Of a stretch of 64,000 bases of DNA, positions 38,758 to 51,400 are shown one piece after another; the first letter of the stretch is position 1; each line of letters starts with the position of its first letter. The stretch covers positions 935,230 through 999,229 of the forward strand of contig CAJFCJ010000028.1 in NCBI GenBank assembly GCA_904063045.1, given 5' to 3'. Both the position numbers and the translations under genes were made by a program. This DNA comes from Dimorphilus gyrociliatus. Lineage: Eukaryota; Animalia; Annelida. Below the pieces are notes generated by a model. That model made no database searches. It worked only from the letters and a program-made list of their open reading frames with translations, and had not been told where the DNA came from.

Positions 38758-39617
38758 CACATGTTACAAAATTCAGAAAGATGTGCTTGTGATTTGTACA
38801 AAAATGTTTTTGCCGGTTTATTTTTGTTTAATGTATTTTTTTTAAGTGTACAGGTTCCGTTTGTTTCTAAGATATGTATTTAGAACTATATCATATGCAA
38901 TTTTTGAAAAAAAACTCTAGTAAAACATTCAAACAAGTAATTTATTTTTAAACCTTTTCAACACAGAATAATCATAAGTAAGAATTAATTAGTAGTTTAT
39001 TTTTGGAGAAAAACCCAAAAACTTGCAAGATTTTTAAATGGAAATGTACTACCAATCATTTCATAATTTGTTGTTTTAAAAAGACCAATATCAAATGTAT
39101 TTTTCTAATTCATTTCTGCTTGAAGCCATAAGGGCAGTTTATTGTAAAACCTTTTATGTTTCATTCTAATTAAATAGAAGTCGTTTACTTGATTTCGTAC
39201 GAAAATTTACTAAAATCTTGTGTATGTTAAATCTTTATGATGAAACTATCCAAGGTATTACCTTTTTACACGATACTTTTTTTAAATTGGTATGCTTTTA
39301 ATAACATTTTAATTTAGAAATAAAGTCCCAGAAATATTAACTGTATTCCGAAAAGTCCATAATCGATAAAACTTTTGTACAATATATAATAGATGCTCAA
39401 AATATCTAAAACAACAAATGCCAAAATTTAACGAGAAAAAACAACGGAGCTGTACACAAGTGACAAAGGGCGATAAAAATTCAACTGAATAAATTAAGCG
39501 ATCTTTAATTTAATACCATAATTAACGATAGAGCCTAAGATAACAATTTTTTTTCTTTTCTTTACCTGAAATGGTAATTAGGGACATTATGGATTTTGTT
39601 AATATTGGAATGTTGCT

Positions 39618-40787
39618 TCATTCCTCAACGTTTTGAACATTATCTTCATTGTCAGAATCGGCGCTCATGTTATCATTATCATCGTCTTCCATTAAACTGG
39701 AAAATTTATTTGTATCTCTAAAGTCCTGTTGAAAGTGAAATAAAGTTTAGTTTTATCTCTTAAACAGATAGGATAAATCAAGTTAAAAAAACTGTTTATT
39801 TACCTTTGCCTTGCTTTCTTCGTACTTTGGCATATCCTCTACAGATTTAGGAAGAGACTTTTCGGGTTTTCTATTTGTTGTTTTTGAACGTAAACAAGAT
39901 ATTTTTTCAATAAGATTATAACTTACTTTTGTCTATCAGTTTTACCGCCAGGACCGCCTGGAGCTCCTCTCTTGTCTCTTTTAGCCCCGCGGCCACCTTT
40001 CACAGGGGGTCTTGCTTGATTTTTAAGTCCTTCTTTAGGAGGAAACGACTGGTCATCAATAGGTTGCTTTCCTCTTCCAGATGAACCCTGGTGTTAATAT
40101 TAAATTTGTAATTTAAATTTCGTAAGATAATAGTTGACGGCTATGAAAAATAGAATTTATTGTACCTTTCTTGCTGAGGGAGTAGTTGAAGATTTGTTTC
40201 TTCTTGAGGGAGACTGTTCATCAGATGTCGGTGGTCTAGATAAACTTTCTTTTCTTTCGACTGTTGAGTCAGAAATGGTTGTCTGAACTCCTGTTACTAC
40301 GGAGACCTCAACTTGCTTTCTTCTTTGAGTCCAAGCGTTCTCCTTAGGAGCTGGAGCCGGGACTATTTGACGCTTTTGATCTGGAGACGATTCTAGTGCA
40401 CCTGCATCTTTATCTTTTGTATGCTCAAAAACCTGAAATTCATTTTTCAAGAATAATTAAATGTCATATAAGTAATTATTTTCACACGTACATCATTCTC
40501 TCCTTCAGAGACACTATTTACTCTAGAATTCGAGGGTGGAGCTCCTGCAAAATTGAAACAACTTTAACAAAGGCAAAAATATATATAAATTCCAACATTC
40601 ATAGCAACGGTAACTAAAATAATAATGAAAATAGAATAAAATGATTCATTCGAAAACAAGAAATACACCTAATAAAGAGAAAAAAGCTAAATGTATTGGT
40701 CCAATTTGAAATGATTTAAAAGATAAGAGAACTAATTTCTACGAAATGCAATCAACTACTCCACCAGTCAGGATGTTTGAAATTTAA

Positions 40788-40833
<46 letters not shown>

Positions 40834-43800
40834 TATTTAAGTCTTATTGTCGGTCAAAAGTCAGAATTTCACATCATTAGATACAAATCTATTGAGAAAA
40901 CACATTCGAAAGTTGCGATATTGAAACAGTTTAACTCAATTAATTAAACTACAACTCTTTTCACAAACTGCCAACTTTTTAAAATAATCTAGTATAATAA
41001 AGTATTAGTAGAATCTGACTACCAAAAATTCCTTACTTTAAAAGGAAATTAATTAATTCTCTTGAAAAATGAAAGATCACAACGGATACAATCTAAAGCT
41101 AAGTATTCTGTATCCAAATTAATTTGAACAACATAAAACATTCCAGGAACGGGGTGACAAACAAACGGGACCTTAAATCTCGAATCTTACCAGGAGCAGT
41201 ATCAGTCTCAGATATCACGGAGCTAATACTACTGCCATGCTTAGCGGCACCGCAAAGGGATGATGTTGATGAGGTAGGTCGACGCAGTATTGCGCGAACT
41301 CTCATATCGCTACCGCTCCCTGTTATTTTTTTGTCAAACGCGGAATAATTGATAAGAAATTTTAAGAAATGATTTACTTAAGTTAAAATTTAGTGAGAGG
41401 CGGATGTGGAAATATTTTACTAGCAATTAAGAAAAGAAAATAAACCTGGTCTAGACCCTCCTCTACTGGATCCAGAAGAGAATCGTCTTTCACGACGTCC
41501 ATTTGAATCTCGTCTTTCATTACTTCTTCTGATTCCCTCTTTTGCTTCCTGTAATCACGAAAAAGAATTATAATTTGACAATAAAATACTGGTAGACTGT
41601 AGTTAATGTAGCTCGATATACTATTACCTGCTGCTCTCTTTCTCGAACAAGTTTATCTTCTATTTCACGTTCCTTAGCAGCTGTATCAACAGGTTTGGCT
41701 TCACCGAATATTGAAGAAGGTCTTGTTACTTCCGTTGGTGTTTCAGTTGATTTTGTGCGTGGTTGAAGTTTTAAGCGTGGTCGTTCAGCAGCTGTTAGAG
41801 CGAAATATTTAGGCTATAAAAGAAAATATCCAAATAGAATAAACATACGTTCTACAGGTTTCTCTGGTGGAGGTTGTCGGAAATCTGAGCGATCATCTTC
41901 TCTCCTTTGACGAGTGCTGAAAAATATTTTTTATTATTAAAAATTTGTTTGAAAAGAACAAGATAGTTCTTGAACGATTTAGTTGACAATTCTATTTAAA
42001 CAAGAAAAAAACAACACAAACCCATTTCGTGGAGGTTCATATCTATTCGACCGGTATTCGTTCCTAGGTGGTTCGTAGTTTCTACCGGTAAACCTATACA
42101 ACATTGCATTCAATGGAAACAATATAAAATATGTTAAGTTTGAACTTAAAATTCATAAAATATTTGTCCAGCATATTATGTATGGATCGTTATTGGTGTA
42201 TCATGCGAAAAAACTTGTTTTGATAGAAAGGGATAGCTCAGATAAACATACATGGCCAATGTATGGATACTACACTTACAGGCTTGGGGTAAGGATAATA
42301 ATAATCACAATCATAGTAATAATAATAATAATGGATGGAATCTGTACACAAACCTTTCACGATTATCTCGGCTACCAAAATTTGAAGAAAAGCCTCGTCT
42401 TCCGCGATCGGAATCACGACGATCGTCATTGCGAAATCCACCGCTTGACCGTCTCGAATCGATGTCATCTTTTCCTTTATCAGCATATCTAATATCCTGA
42501 TAACCGGTAACCGCCGAATAGGCAAGATCAGACGATCCTTGAAAGCCACGACCTGTAAATTGTCAAAATATCTCTAGGTGAATATGCTGAAATACGTTGT
42601 TAAGCAAAAAATGCATATTAACTAGTATTTAGAATATTTTATATTCATTAACAATAACAATAAATTGTTTTCCTTTATCCAATCAACGGACTTTACCATC
42701 TTTACTCAGAAAAGTAACGCCTAACTTGTTGATTATGATTAAATATGTATAAGAGAGAAATTAATTTCCAACAGATGGACTGCTATAGAAAATAAACACT
42801 AAAAATTCCGAAATAAAATAAATATCTCCTGGTCATGATTGAAGGACCAGTTTATTTCGATGCAGGCGATAATTTTTAGATGTTTTTGAAAGAAATAAGA
42901 TAGAAGCAAGATGGTAGAACTATTATACTAAACCTGCATATTCACCTCGGTCTCTAAAACCGCCGCCTGATGGAGCAGGAGGTAATTCTGAACCACCTTT
43001 TCTCCATTCCCCTAGGGTCCTATCATCTGTTGAGTCTCTGTTGAAATTTCCGTGACCGCGATCTCCTCTATCATTACGTTTCATTTGATCATTATCCTTT
43101 CCCCCCGTAGCTAAGTCTACTCTCATTTTTCGTCCGAGAAACAACTGAATATTAAAATTAAAATAATTATTTGCAGTGAAAAATAGAATGCTGTAGTATC
43201 TACCTCATCATTTTTCGATAAAACTTTAATTAAAGAATCCCTATCTTCAAATTCGACATACCCATAGCCCTTAAAGCGACCTTGTTCGGATATAAGTCGA
43301 ACGTTCTTAACCTGAAAAAAAGAACTTTATGGCTATGGAAACAAGAACAACATGAAACACGTGTACCTTCAAAGCACTAAAGACTTTTTGCAAACTGTCC
43401 TCGTTTACTTCATAAGACAAGTTTCCGACGAAAGCCGTAAAGGGTGGTTGCGTAGGAACTTTTTCCAAGTTAAGGACTGGTTCCCTGGTAGCTTTAGGTG
43501 CAGTAGGTAATATAGATTTGTCAATAGAGAATGGTGCTCCATAGTTTGAACCATCATCTGTAAAATAAGCAATGTAAAAATTCTCTATTTACTTTTTACA
43601 AAATATATATTACTTATTAGTAATAAAGAGAAGGAAATAACAAATTATTAGGCCAATTAGTCCTACATTAATTTAATATAATTACTTTTTAACAGAACGA
43701 ACCAGTTTATTTAGGCCTACGAGGCAAAACCAATATAAACATATCTATGTATAAAATTTACCTATGAAAAGGTAAACAATGGACAATATAAACCAGTTTG

Positions 43801-44833
43801 TGTAAAGAACAATTTCAAGGTTATTATGAAAATACGATTAAAAAGTCAGTTTCAGTATTACCTTTTACAATCTATGGAGGTTCCTTCACCCTTTTCTCTT
43901 ACTTATACAAATATATCATGGCTGTCTCGTATTAGTCACACGTTAAAGCATTTTTCAATACGCTTAAGAAAAACTCTTCCCACTTGACTGATTAAATACT
44001 TGGTGTGTATACGATAAAAAAGATTATAACTAATAGCCTGTTCCTTATTCATGTATAAAATTTACTCATGAAAGGTTAGATATAAACCATATAGTATATG
44101 TAAAGAACTATTTCAAGGTTATTATGAAAAAGTCAGTGCACTACATTGACCGAATAATCTAGAAAAAAAAAATTTGACACCATTATCAAGCGTCTAATAA
44201 TGGAAGACTCTTATACAAAATACATCGAAATAGAGACAGTATCTTTACATGTGGACGGGAGAAAGTCGAGTTTCGATCAACTACGGCTGGTCTCCTTTTA
44301 ACCTTTATTCGGTAAAGGATGTAGAGTATACTGGTTGGTTTAATAGTGAATATGCGGTCTCTTAATTATTCAATCTCAATCATAATATTATAACTGCTAT
44401 ACGTGTAGATGAATGATTAACAAGAGATGCATCTGTAAGATAAAGATAAAAAAAGAACCTGTATCTAACTCTGCGACCTCGTCCGCCCAATTTTTCGAAA
44501 AACTCGGAGTGTTGTCCCCCAGAAATTCGGTTAAAGGTACCGTTTTCCCCTTTTGTTTCCTCTTTTCTGTAAAATTAAAAATATGTTAGTCGGATTTACG
44601 ATTTATATTCATTAAAAGAAAAAGGCGTGCATAGTGTTTCCAGAACGCAACAGATTATTCCGAAAATTCCACTATTACGGTTTATTTAGCCATTTAAAAT
44701 TTTTTAGTTAACCCGAAAGGATTAAATCGGTTAATTCTGGCAGAAATTTCGATTGATTAATAAAAGAATACTCTGTTTCTTTCGGAAAAATGCACGTTTT
44801 TTTTGACACGAGATAGCACTTACGAGCCGCCAT
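39618..44833 (-). CDS. EIF4B: Eukaryotic translation initiation factor 4B, multi-exon
   Basis: MAA|QKRKQKGKTVPLTEFL...WADE N-terminus; RRM PPFTAFVGNLSYEV...KGYGYVEFEDRDSL...GRKMRVDLA; DR/YG-rich region; ERPRLKLQPR and SSIFGEAKPVDTAAKEREIE; C-terminal NKFSSL; stop at 39618. Confidence 0.95.
40792..40831. repeat. (TA)n microsatellite in an eIF4B intron
   Basis: About 20 TA units read directly. Confidence 0.95.
43747..44137. repeat. Imperfect ~90-100 bp direct duplication within an eIF4B intron (43747-43850 and 44051-44137)
   Basis: Shared blocks atgtataaaattta, tataaacca, taaagaac(a/t)atttcaaggttattatgaaaa and aagtcagt occur in the same order in both copies. Confidence 0.8.
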
Positions 44834-44851
44834 GTTTGGATAAAGCGAGTA

Positions 44852-44862
44852 TGCGCATGCGT
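44852..44862. promoter_or_regulatory. NRF1/Ewg-like palindromic motif just upstream of the eIF4B ATG
   Basis: TGCGCATGCGT versus the consensus TGCGCATGCGCA, about 20 nt upstream of the start codon. Confidence 0.5.
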
Positions 44863-45906
44863 AAATTGCTTCAATGAAGGTGAAGGTTAATAGGAAAGCA
44901 GAAGTAGGAAAGCGGGAAATTGATCTTTTCTCGTATTCAAACTGATAAATTTCAATTAGTAAGATAAAAAATATTATAGAAATATCCAACGAACGATAAA
45001 AAATCAAGAAACCTAAACAAATTATCGTAAATCATTAAAAAACGTATTTATTTTTAAATAACATAAGATATAATTTATCAAACACGTGTACAGAACAAAC
45101 GAATAAAAAAGGAATTGTTATATAAAAGTGTATATAAAAAAAGTATAAAAACTAATGATTTATTGAATATATAAATATTTTCAAATTATGTTACACAATT
45201 GTTTCTAATGTTTGTAGTATTTTCAAGCCTTATTCATGAATGATGATTGAAATGATTAGATCATTTTTTAACATGAAAAAAGGGGAGAAGGATGGGAGGG
45301 GGAAAAGAAACAAGTAGGAATTTGTCTTATCTTATCAATTTTAAACTAGTTTTCATTTAAATATACTTTATCATTGAGTATAATATATTATATTTATAAA
45401 TATATACATTAACTTTTAACAGGAATGTTAAGAATTTACCGTCAGAAATTTAATGTGATAGATGAATCTTATAAATTGAATATACTGTTTTAATCATAAT
45501 CTAGTCGATATGTATAACTATAATTTATTTAATGGGAAATACAAATGTACAAATAGAGCTGGCTTGTATGGAAAAAATTGACATATCTTATAATAATATT
45601 ATTATTTATCCTCCTCTCTTACTCCACCTTCCACTCTCTTTCTCTCTCTCTCCTTGTATATATACTAATATATTCAGATTTTTTTACGTTTTTATAATTA
45701 GGGATGATTTTTTACACTATGAATTTCGAATCTGTTTAGATGATTTTTTACATTTTCTCACCAGTTTTTTTATTTGTCTTAATCAGATAGATAGGAGAAT
45801 TACGTCAATTTTGGCCATGGTTTTCATCTTGTTCTTACATTATACTATCAGAATATCGCGTCCTTGTATTGAAATAAATAACAATTATAAAGATCGTTTA
45901 ACAAGA

Positions 45907-45977
45907 GCATTGGTGGTGTAGCGGTAGCATTGGTGCCTTCCAAGCACTAGACCCGGGTTCAACTCCCGGCCAATGCA
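45907..45977 (+). tRNA. tRNA-Gly (anticodon TCC)
   Basis: 71-nt cloverleaf: acceptor GCATTGG/CCAATGC, anticodon stem GGTGC/GCACT with loop CTTCCAA, T-arm CCGGG-TTCAACT-CCCGG, discriminator A; followed by a Pol III T-run. Confidence 0.97.
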
Positions 45978-45981
45978 GGAA

Positions 45982-45992
45982 TTTTTTTTTTA
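45982..45992 (+). terminator. Pol III oligo-T terminator of the tRNA-Gly gene
   Basis: Run of T beginning 5 nt after the tRNA 3' end. Confidence 0.8.
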
Positions 45993-47153
45993 ATACTTTT
46001 TTATTTACTCTCATCAAAATAGTTGTGGTTTTTTAATATTTATATTATCTTCTATTGTCAGTTGCTTTCATAGATTGAAACAAAAGCTATTACTAACCGT
46101 TGTAAAATAGAAATTTAAACTCGAATTCGAACATAAGTTCGCAACATATTGTAAATTTGATTTTAGTTAGATTATTTCACTTTGTAAGTACAAAGCTCTC
46201 TAAAAGGTGTGATCCGACAACACATATACTGCTATGTAATTTAAATGGATTATTCATGGATTATTCACGAATTATTAAATTGATCAACTGTATCCTGTAA
46301 TTGAATTATCTTTCCCGCCATCTTCCTCCTCCGTTTCATTTAATTCATAGAATCTTGTTTAGATTAATCTGCATTTTATGAAGATTATGATAAGCAAAGC
46401 AGTTTTTATTTTGTTTCAAAATAGAGAGAGGAAATCATATTCTTTAATGATAATTAATCTTTTTTTCCTTTCATTTCTGAATAGGATAGGGAAGTAGAAG
46501 AAATCAAAAAATTCATATGTTTCCTCGTTCATAACCAGGGCCATGTGTACAGATGGATAGACAGATACGTCAATTAGTTAATTAATTAATTGTCCTATTA
46601 TAATGTATATTTATTCCAATTCAAATACAACATAAAAGAAAATCCTTTTTAAAACGAGAGAGAGAAAGAAAAAGTGAAAGAGTAAAAGAGGAGAAGTTGA
46701 ATTTTTGAACAATAAAAGTTCAACACCTAAACAAACAACTAAAGTAGAAAGAAATAGAAATAGTTGTTGTTGTTGTTTTGTAACTTGGAACAATATTTAT
46801 ATTTATTTGTACAACTTGAACATTCAAGTGAAAATTTCACTAAGTTTTTCACTAATTTTATTTAAATTGTATGTCTTTTGTCATAATCACTTTAATACTA
46901 TTTACAATATAACATATAAAACATCTTTTTATACACCTAGGTAAAAACTAAAGTCAGAAAAGTACAAATTCTAAAGACATAAACTGAAAAAAAGTATTTC
47001 TTTCTTTCTTTTCTGTTTTTATGTTTTTATTTTTAAAATCTTGATATTCAATGTTGTTTTTACCTTTATTTTGTTTATAAAATCCAAAAACTAAAACATT
47101 AAAGAACTGTGGGTGATATATATGAAGAGAAAAAAAATTGTTCATAACTACTT

Positions 47154-47167
47154 CAGCGCCATCTGTC
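47154..47167 (-). promoter_or_regulatory. CTCF-like motif downstream of the K2P gene
   Basis: Minus strand reads GACAGATGGCGCTG, matching the 3' part of the CTCF core (CAGATGGCGC). Confidence 0.4.
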
Positions 47168-48457
47168 TACTAAAAGGAAAATATAATTTTTGAAATGTTA
47201 TCCCACAGCCTCTTTTTTTCAAGTAAAAATTAGTAAAAATAACTTAAAGTAGAAAACAATTGAAAGGTTTGATAATAAGGAAGAAAATAATGAAAGGTTA
47301 CACTATATATTTATATATATTTCATTATGAAATATAATAATTGCACTAGTTATTTTTATTTGGAATTATTTAATTAAATAAGACTTATTTTTAATCTAGT
47401 TAAAATATTTCTTTATATTTTTCTATCTTATATTTGTTTGTTTGTTTTTTCAAGTTAGAATAGAATAAACTGGCTTGTTTTTCACTTGTTTTTACTTTAC
47501 ATAGGAAGAAAGAAGATGACTTAAAACAGTTCTTTTTTGTAAGTGGAAAGTAATATTAAGCTAGGATTGAATACTATATTTGTATCATACAAATGATAAA
47601 CACTTATTCAATCGTCAATCAGTGTTCCTTTAAAAAAATTATTTTTATACAATTTTCAACAAGTAGAATGATGGATATGAAAGTTAATCCATTAGCGTTT
47701 CTCTCTGCGGTGAATTGAATAATTCTCCCTTGGATTATTACATCATTTATCATTTCTTTTATTTTTTTTCTCTCACCAATTCACATTGTCAATTTTTAGT
47801 TTTTCAATTAAAGTTGTTATCCATTACAGATGACACTAGTATCTTTAGTTGAAAAAATTTCAATTAAGTTATTGTTGTTTGTTTGCTTTTATAACTCTAT
47901 GCTTTTAGCTTTCATTTAGTGAAAAAAGTTTGTTTTGGTCTCTTTTCAATTCATGGCCTTCAAGTTTACATTTGTGTTTTGTACACAAAAGTTTCTCTAG
48001 AAGACCCTCGTAAGAACCTAATGTACTTTTTTTTTTATCTTTTGATGATATATGAATTACGAACGGAGGATAATAAGTATGGAGAAGGTCAAAAGAACAA
48101 AAGTAGCAATACCATTAACGATAATGAAAAAAATATGAAGAGATAAAGAAAAAAAGAAAGAGGGAATGAATTAGAAGAATAGAAAAAGAAGACGAAGAAG
48201 AAGAAGAAGTAGATGGAGAAGCAGAAGAAAAAGAAGAAGAAAGAGAAGAAGAAAGGGAAATTGAGGAATAGTTAAAGATACTATCTATAAAATTATTGAC
48301 AATTAAAAAAAAAGAGGAAAAATAAAAACAATATGTAACAGCAAACAAAGCAAAAGTACAAGAACGAATATTTTAAGAAATAAAGATTTTTTCGTATTAG
48401 CCACTCGTAAGAATTTGCTTAAGTTCCTTTAATTAACGTTCCCATTGTATGCGGTTG

Positions 48458-51400
48458 TTAGGAAATTATACCTAGTTTTCTACCCAAGGACCTAGCTTTT
48501 GCTATTACCTCCTCCTGCATCAAATTGAAGCACATAGCGATTAAAGCCAGTCCAAAAACCAGATAGAAAGCACAGAGGATAAATTTCTCTTGAGATTGAC
48601 CCTTCAGGCTTGCTCCCGGCACAAAATCACCAAAGCCAATAGTGGTGAGTGTAATGAAGCAAAAGTAAGAAGATTCTATATATGACCAACCCTCTAGTAG
48701 TGAAAAGAGAACGGCTCCGCCTGGATGAATATATTTACTGAATTAGATTAATCAGTCGTTTCTGTAAGATCTTTTCATTAATTTAAAATGATAAACAAGA
48801 AGAAATTCAATGAATTTTTAATGAATGTTTCCTTATTTCAGTTTTCGTTAAAAATTCTAATTGTTTTAGAATTTTAAATGAAATGTTTTATTATTTTTTT
48901 TGTAAACCTCGATATTGAAATCTCCTAGAAGATGAAAATGGAACGACTATTAAGATGAAGCATGATACAATAAAATATTAACGTAATTGAATCACTTACC
49001 TACTACGTAGGTTACAATCAGCATGAATGAAACAAATAGCGGAACCGTTTGAATGTGTGAACTGTCGTCATCCCATCTAACGTGAATTGCTGCTGCGGCA
49101 CTAGCAACACCTCCCCCTGTCGATGACATTCTACCATTTGTCTTTTTTACGGTTGATTTAGTAGAGGCTGTCATAGTTGACCCTGCCGTCGTCCCAGTTA
49201 CCGCTTTTGGAGCTTTTTTAGGGCAGCAACAGCAACAGTAGCCACAGCATACTTTATGATACAAAGCTCGAAAAAGTATAGACATATAACGTCCAAGATT
49301 AGCCATTGTTAAGAGGGTCAAGGGGATACCGACAAGGGCATAGACGAGCGTCACTACTCGTCCCCAAGGCGTCAACGGGACGATATGACCATATCCTAAA
49401 AATAGATTGAAAACAGTGAAAATGATATAATATTAGTATTTCGCAATATTATTATTCGATTTGCAATGCGTTTAATAATTAAGTTCAGCATGCTTTAACC
49501 TTGAAAGGCATAAACAAATTGGATAAATAATGAAATCAAACCATAGACAACCTTTTGATTCATTTTTTAAGTAAATGTCATCTGGTGATTTTGATATACA
49601 GAAAAATATAGTATCTGATAGTAAAAAGGTTGGCTTAATTAAAGGATAAAGTTATATGAATACGTTCAATTATGGAACGGATGGATTTTTGTTTGTTTAA
49701 CGATTGCACATCGGAAAATGAAAGATTACTATGGCTGTTTACAAGGGCAACAGTTCGTTGACGTATGCATTTCTGAATGCCATTTTTTTAAAATAGTAAT
49801 CTATCTATTCAATAAACTTTTGACGGTATCGTTTATACGTTTGAAAAAAACAATCTTCTATTTACAGTAAACTTTAGCCAATCATCTGATTTATTTTACA
49901 TAACATAGGTGTTTGTATTCTAAAATATTTACTAAATATACTTTTTGTTAGATGAAGGATATTACAAATTTTAACACAATCTATTTATGAATAATTAAAC
50001 AATATAATGGAAATAATAAATATTTCCCTAAAGATTTAGGCAATTGTTCATATCAAAACTTTTATATTTTTATAAAAGGTTATCAACACAAATATTACAT
50101 ACTGGAGGTGAAGGGATAGACGGGGGAGGGGGAGCGGGAGGGGAGGACTGAAGTAAAACAGGCTGAGTGCATGTATAGTATAAATATATATCTGCGTAGG
50201 TGTGGGCGAGGGAGAGGCAGCAGAGAGGAAGGAAGGAAGGAAGGGGTGGGAATATACTTTTTATTTATATAAAAACATATACAATTTTTTTTATTATAAA
50301 AAGCAGAATCGACAAAAAACAAAAAAGAGGGAGAAACTCTAAAACAAAAAATCATTTGTTTGGTAAGGCTAAGATGGGAAATAAATATACACAGGTGTCA
50401 GATGATGCTCTAAGAATCAAAAAAAGTATCAAATAACCAAAAAATATATTGAAATATTTAAAAAAAATAACATATATTATGCATATAAAACGTTGGCATC
50501 ATACACCTTATTGCTGAATAACTAATGTAAAAGTGATAAGTTTTTCGTTTGTAGGTAAGATTCTATTGCAATAATAAATTGCTTCATTGAACATTTTTCA
50601 ACCCTATCAGAATAATAAAATAAATGATAAATAAATTTGAATAGGTAATTTAAAAATAATTGTTTTCAAACAAACTATGGATGTTGGTTGCGATATGATC
50701 TAGTTTTATCAAATTTTCCGATATTGTTAAATGATATCCCTTATAGAGTTTAGCTTTAAGGAGGATAACTTTGTGCTATAAAAGGTAAAAGACAGGCGAG
50801 AATATTTACTTACGTATGTATATTGAAATATAGAAAGACGGATAGCGACAGACAGATAGATAGGAAGATAGAGAGAAAACAAGACAGAGGGAGGGAGGAA
50901 TAGAGTAAAGAGAGATAAGTCTATAAACGTTTGGACATTTACTGTAAACTGTCTTATTCTTTTTATGAATAAAAAAAATCAAATTGATTGTAACTTTATA
51001 TATATAAATTGTTCATTGAACTGCCAATTTCTTGGTAAATTGCAGTTGGATTTTCTATATATAACCATCTTCGTTTCTTTCTTAAAAAATTCTGAATCAT
51101 GAGTAACATTTAGTTTAGCATCTTTTTACCTTTTCTTTCTGTTAAACTTTTTTAAGCATTTCTCAAGGAAATTTTCATTTATTTTAGCAACGACAAATCA
51201 TGTGATAAATTGTATGGCTAAAACCCATAATGCTATCATCAATATACTGAAGACTTAATTTTCAGACTGTAAATCTGCAATTCCTAGATACAGCAATATT
51301 TATTTAGACGCCTAAATTTCATGTCGGAAAATTTCGTTAGTACCGAATACAATCATAATCGATTTGAGGCTTTTATATAAATATTGGCCTATATACAGTA

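Noticed and set aside
42178-42500. Plus-strand ORFs of 82-104 aa
   Set aside because: Antisense shadows of the repetitive DR/YG-rich eIF4B exon.
48115-48348. Ser-rich (-) or Glu-rich (+) ORF
   Set aside because: A GAA-rich low-complexity tract downstream of the K2P stop; no start or splice support.
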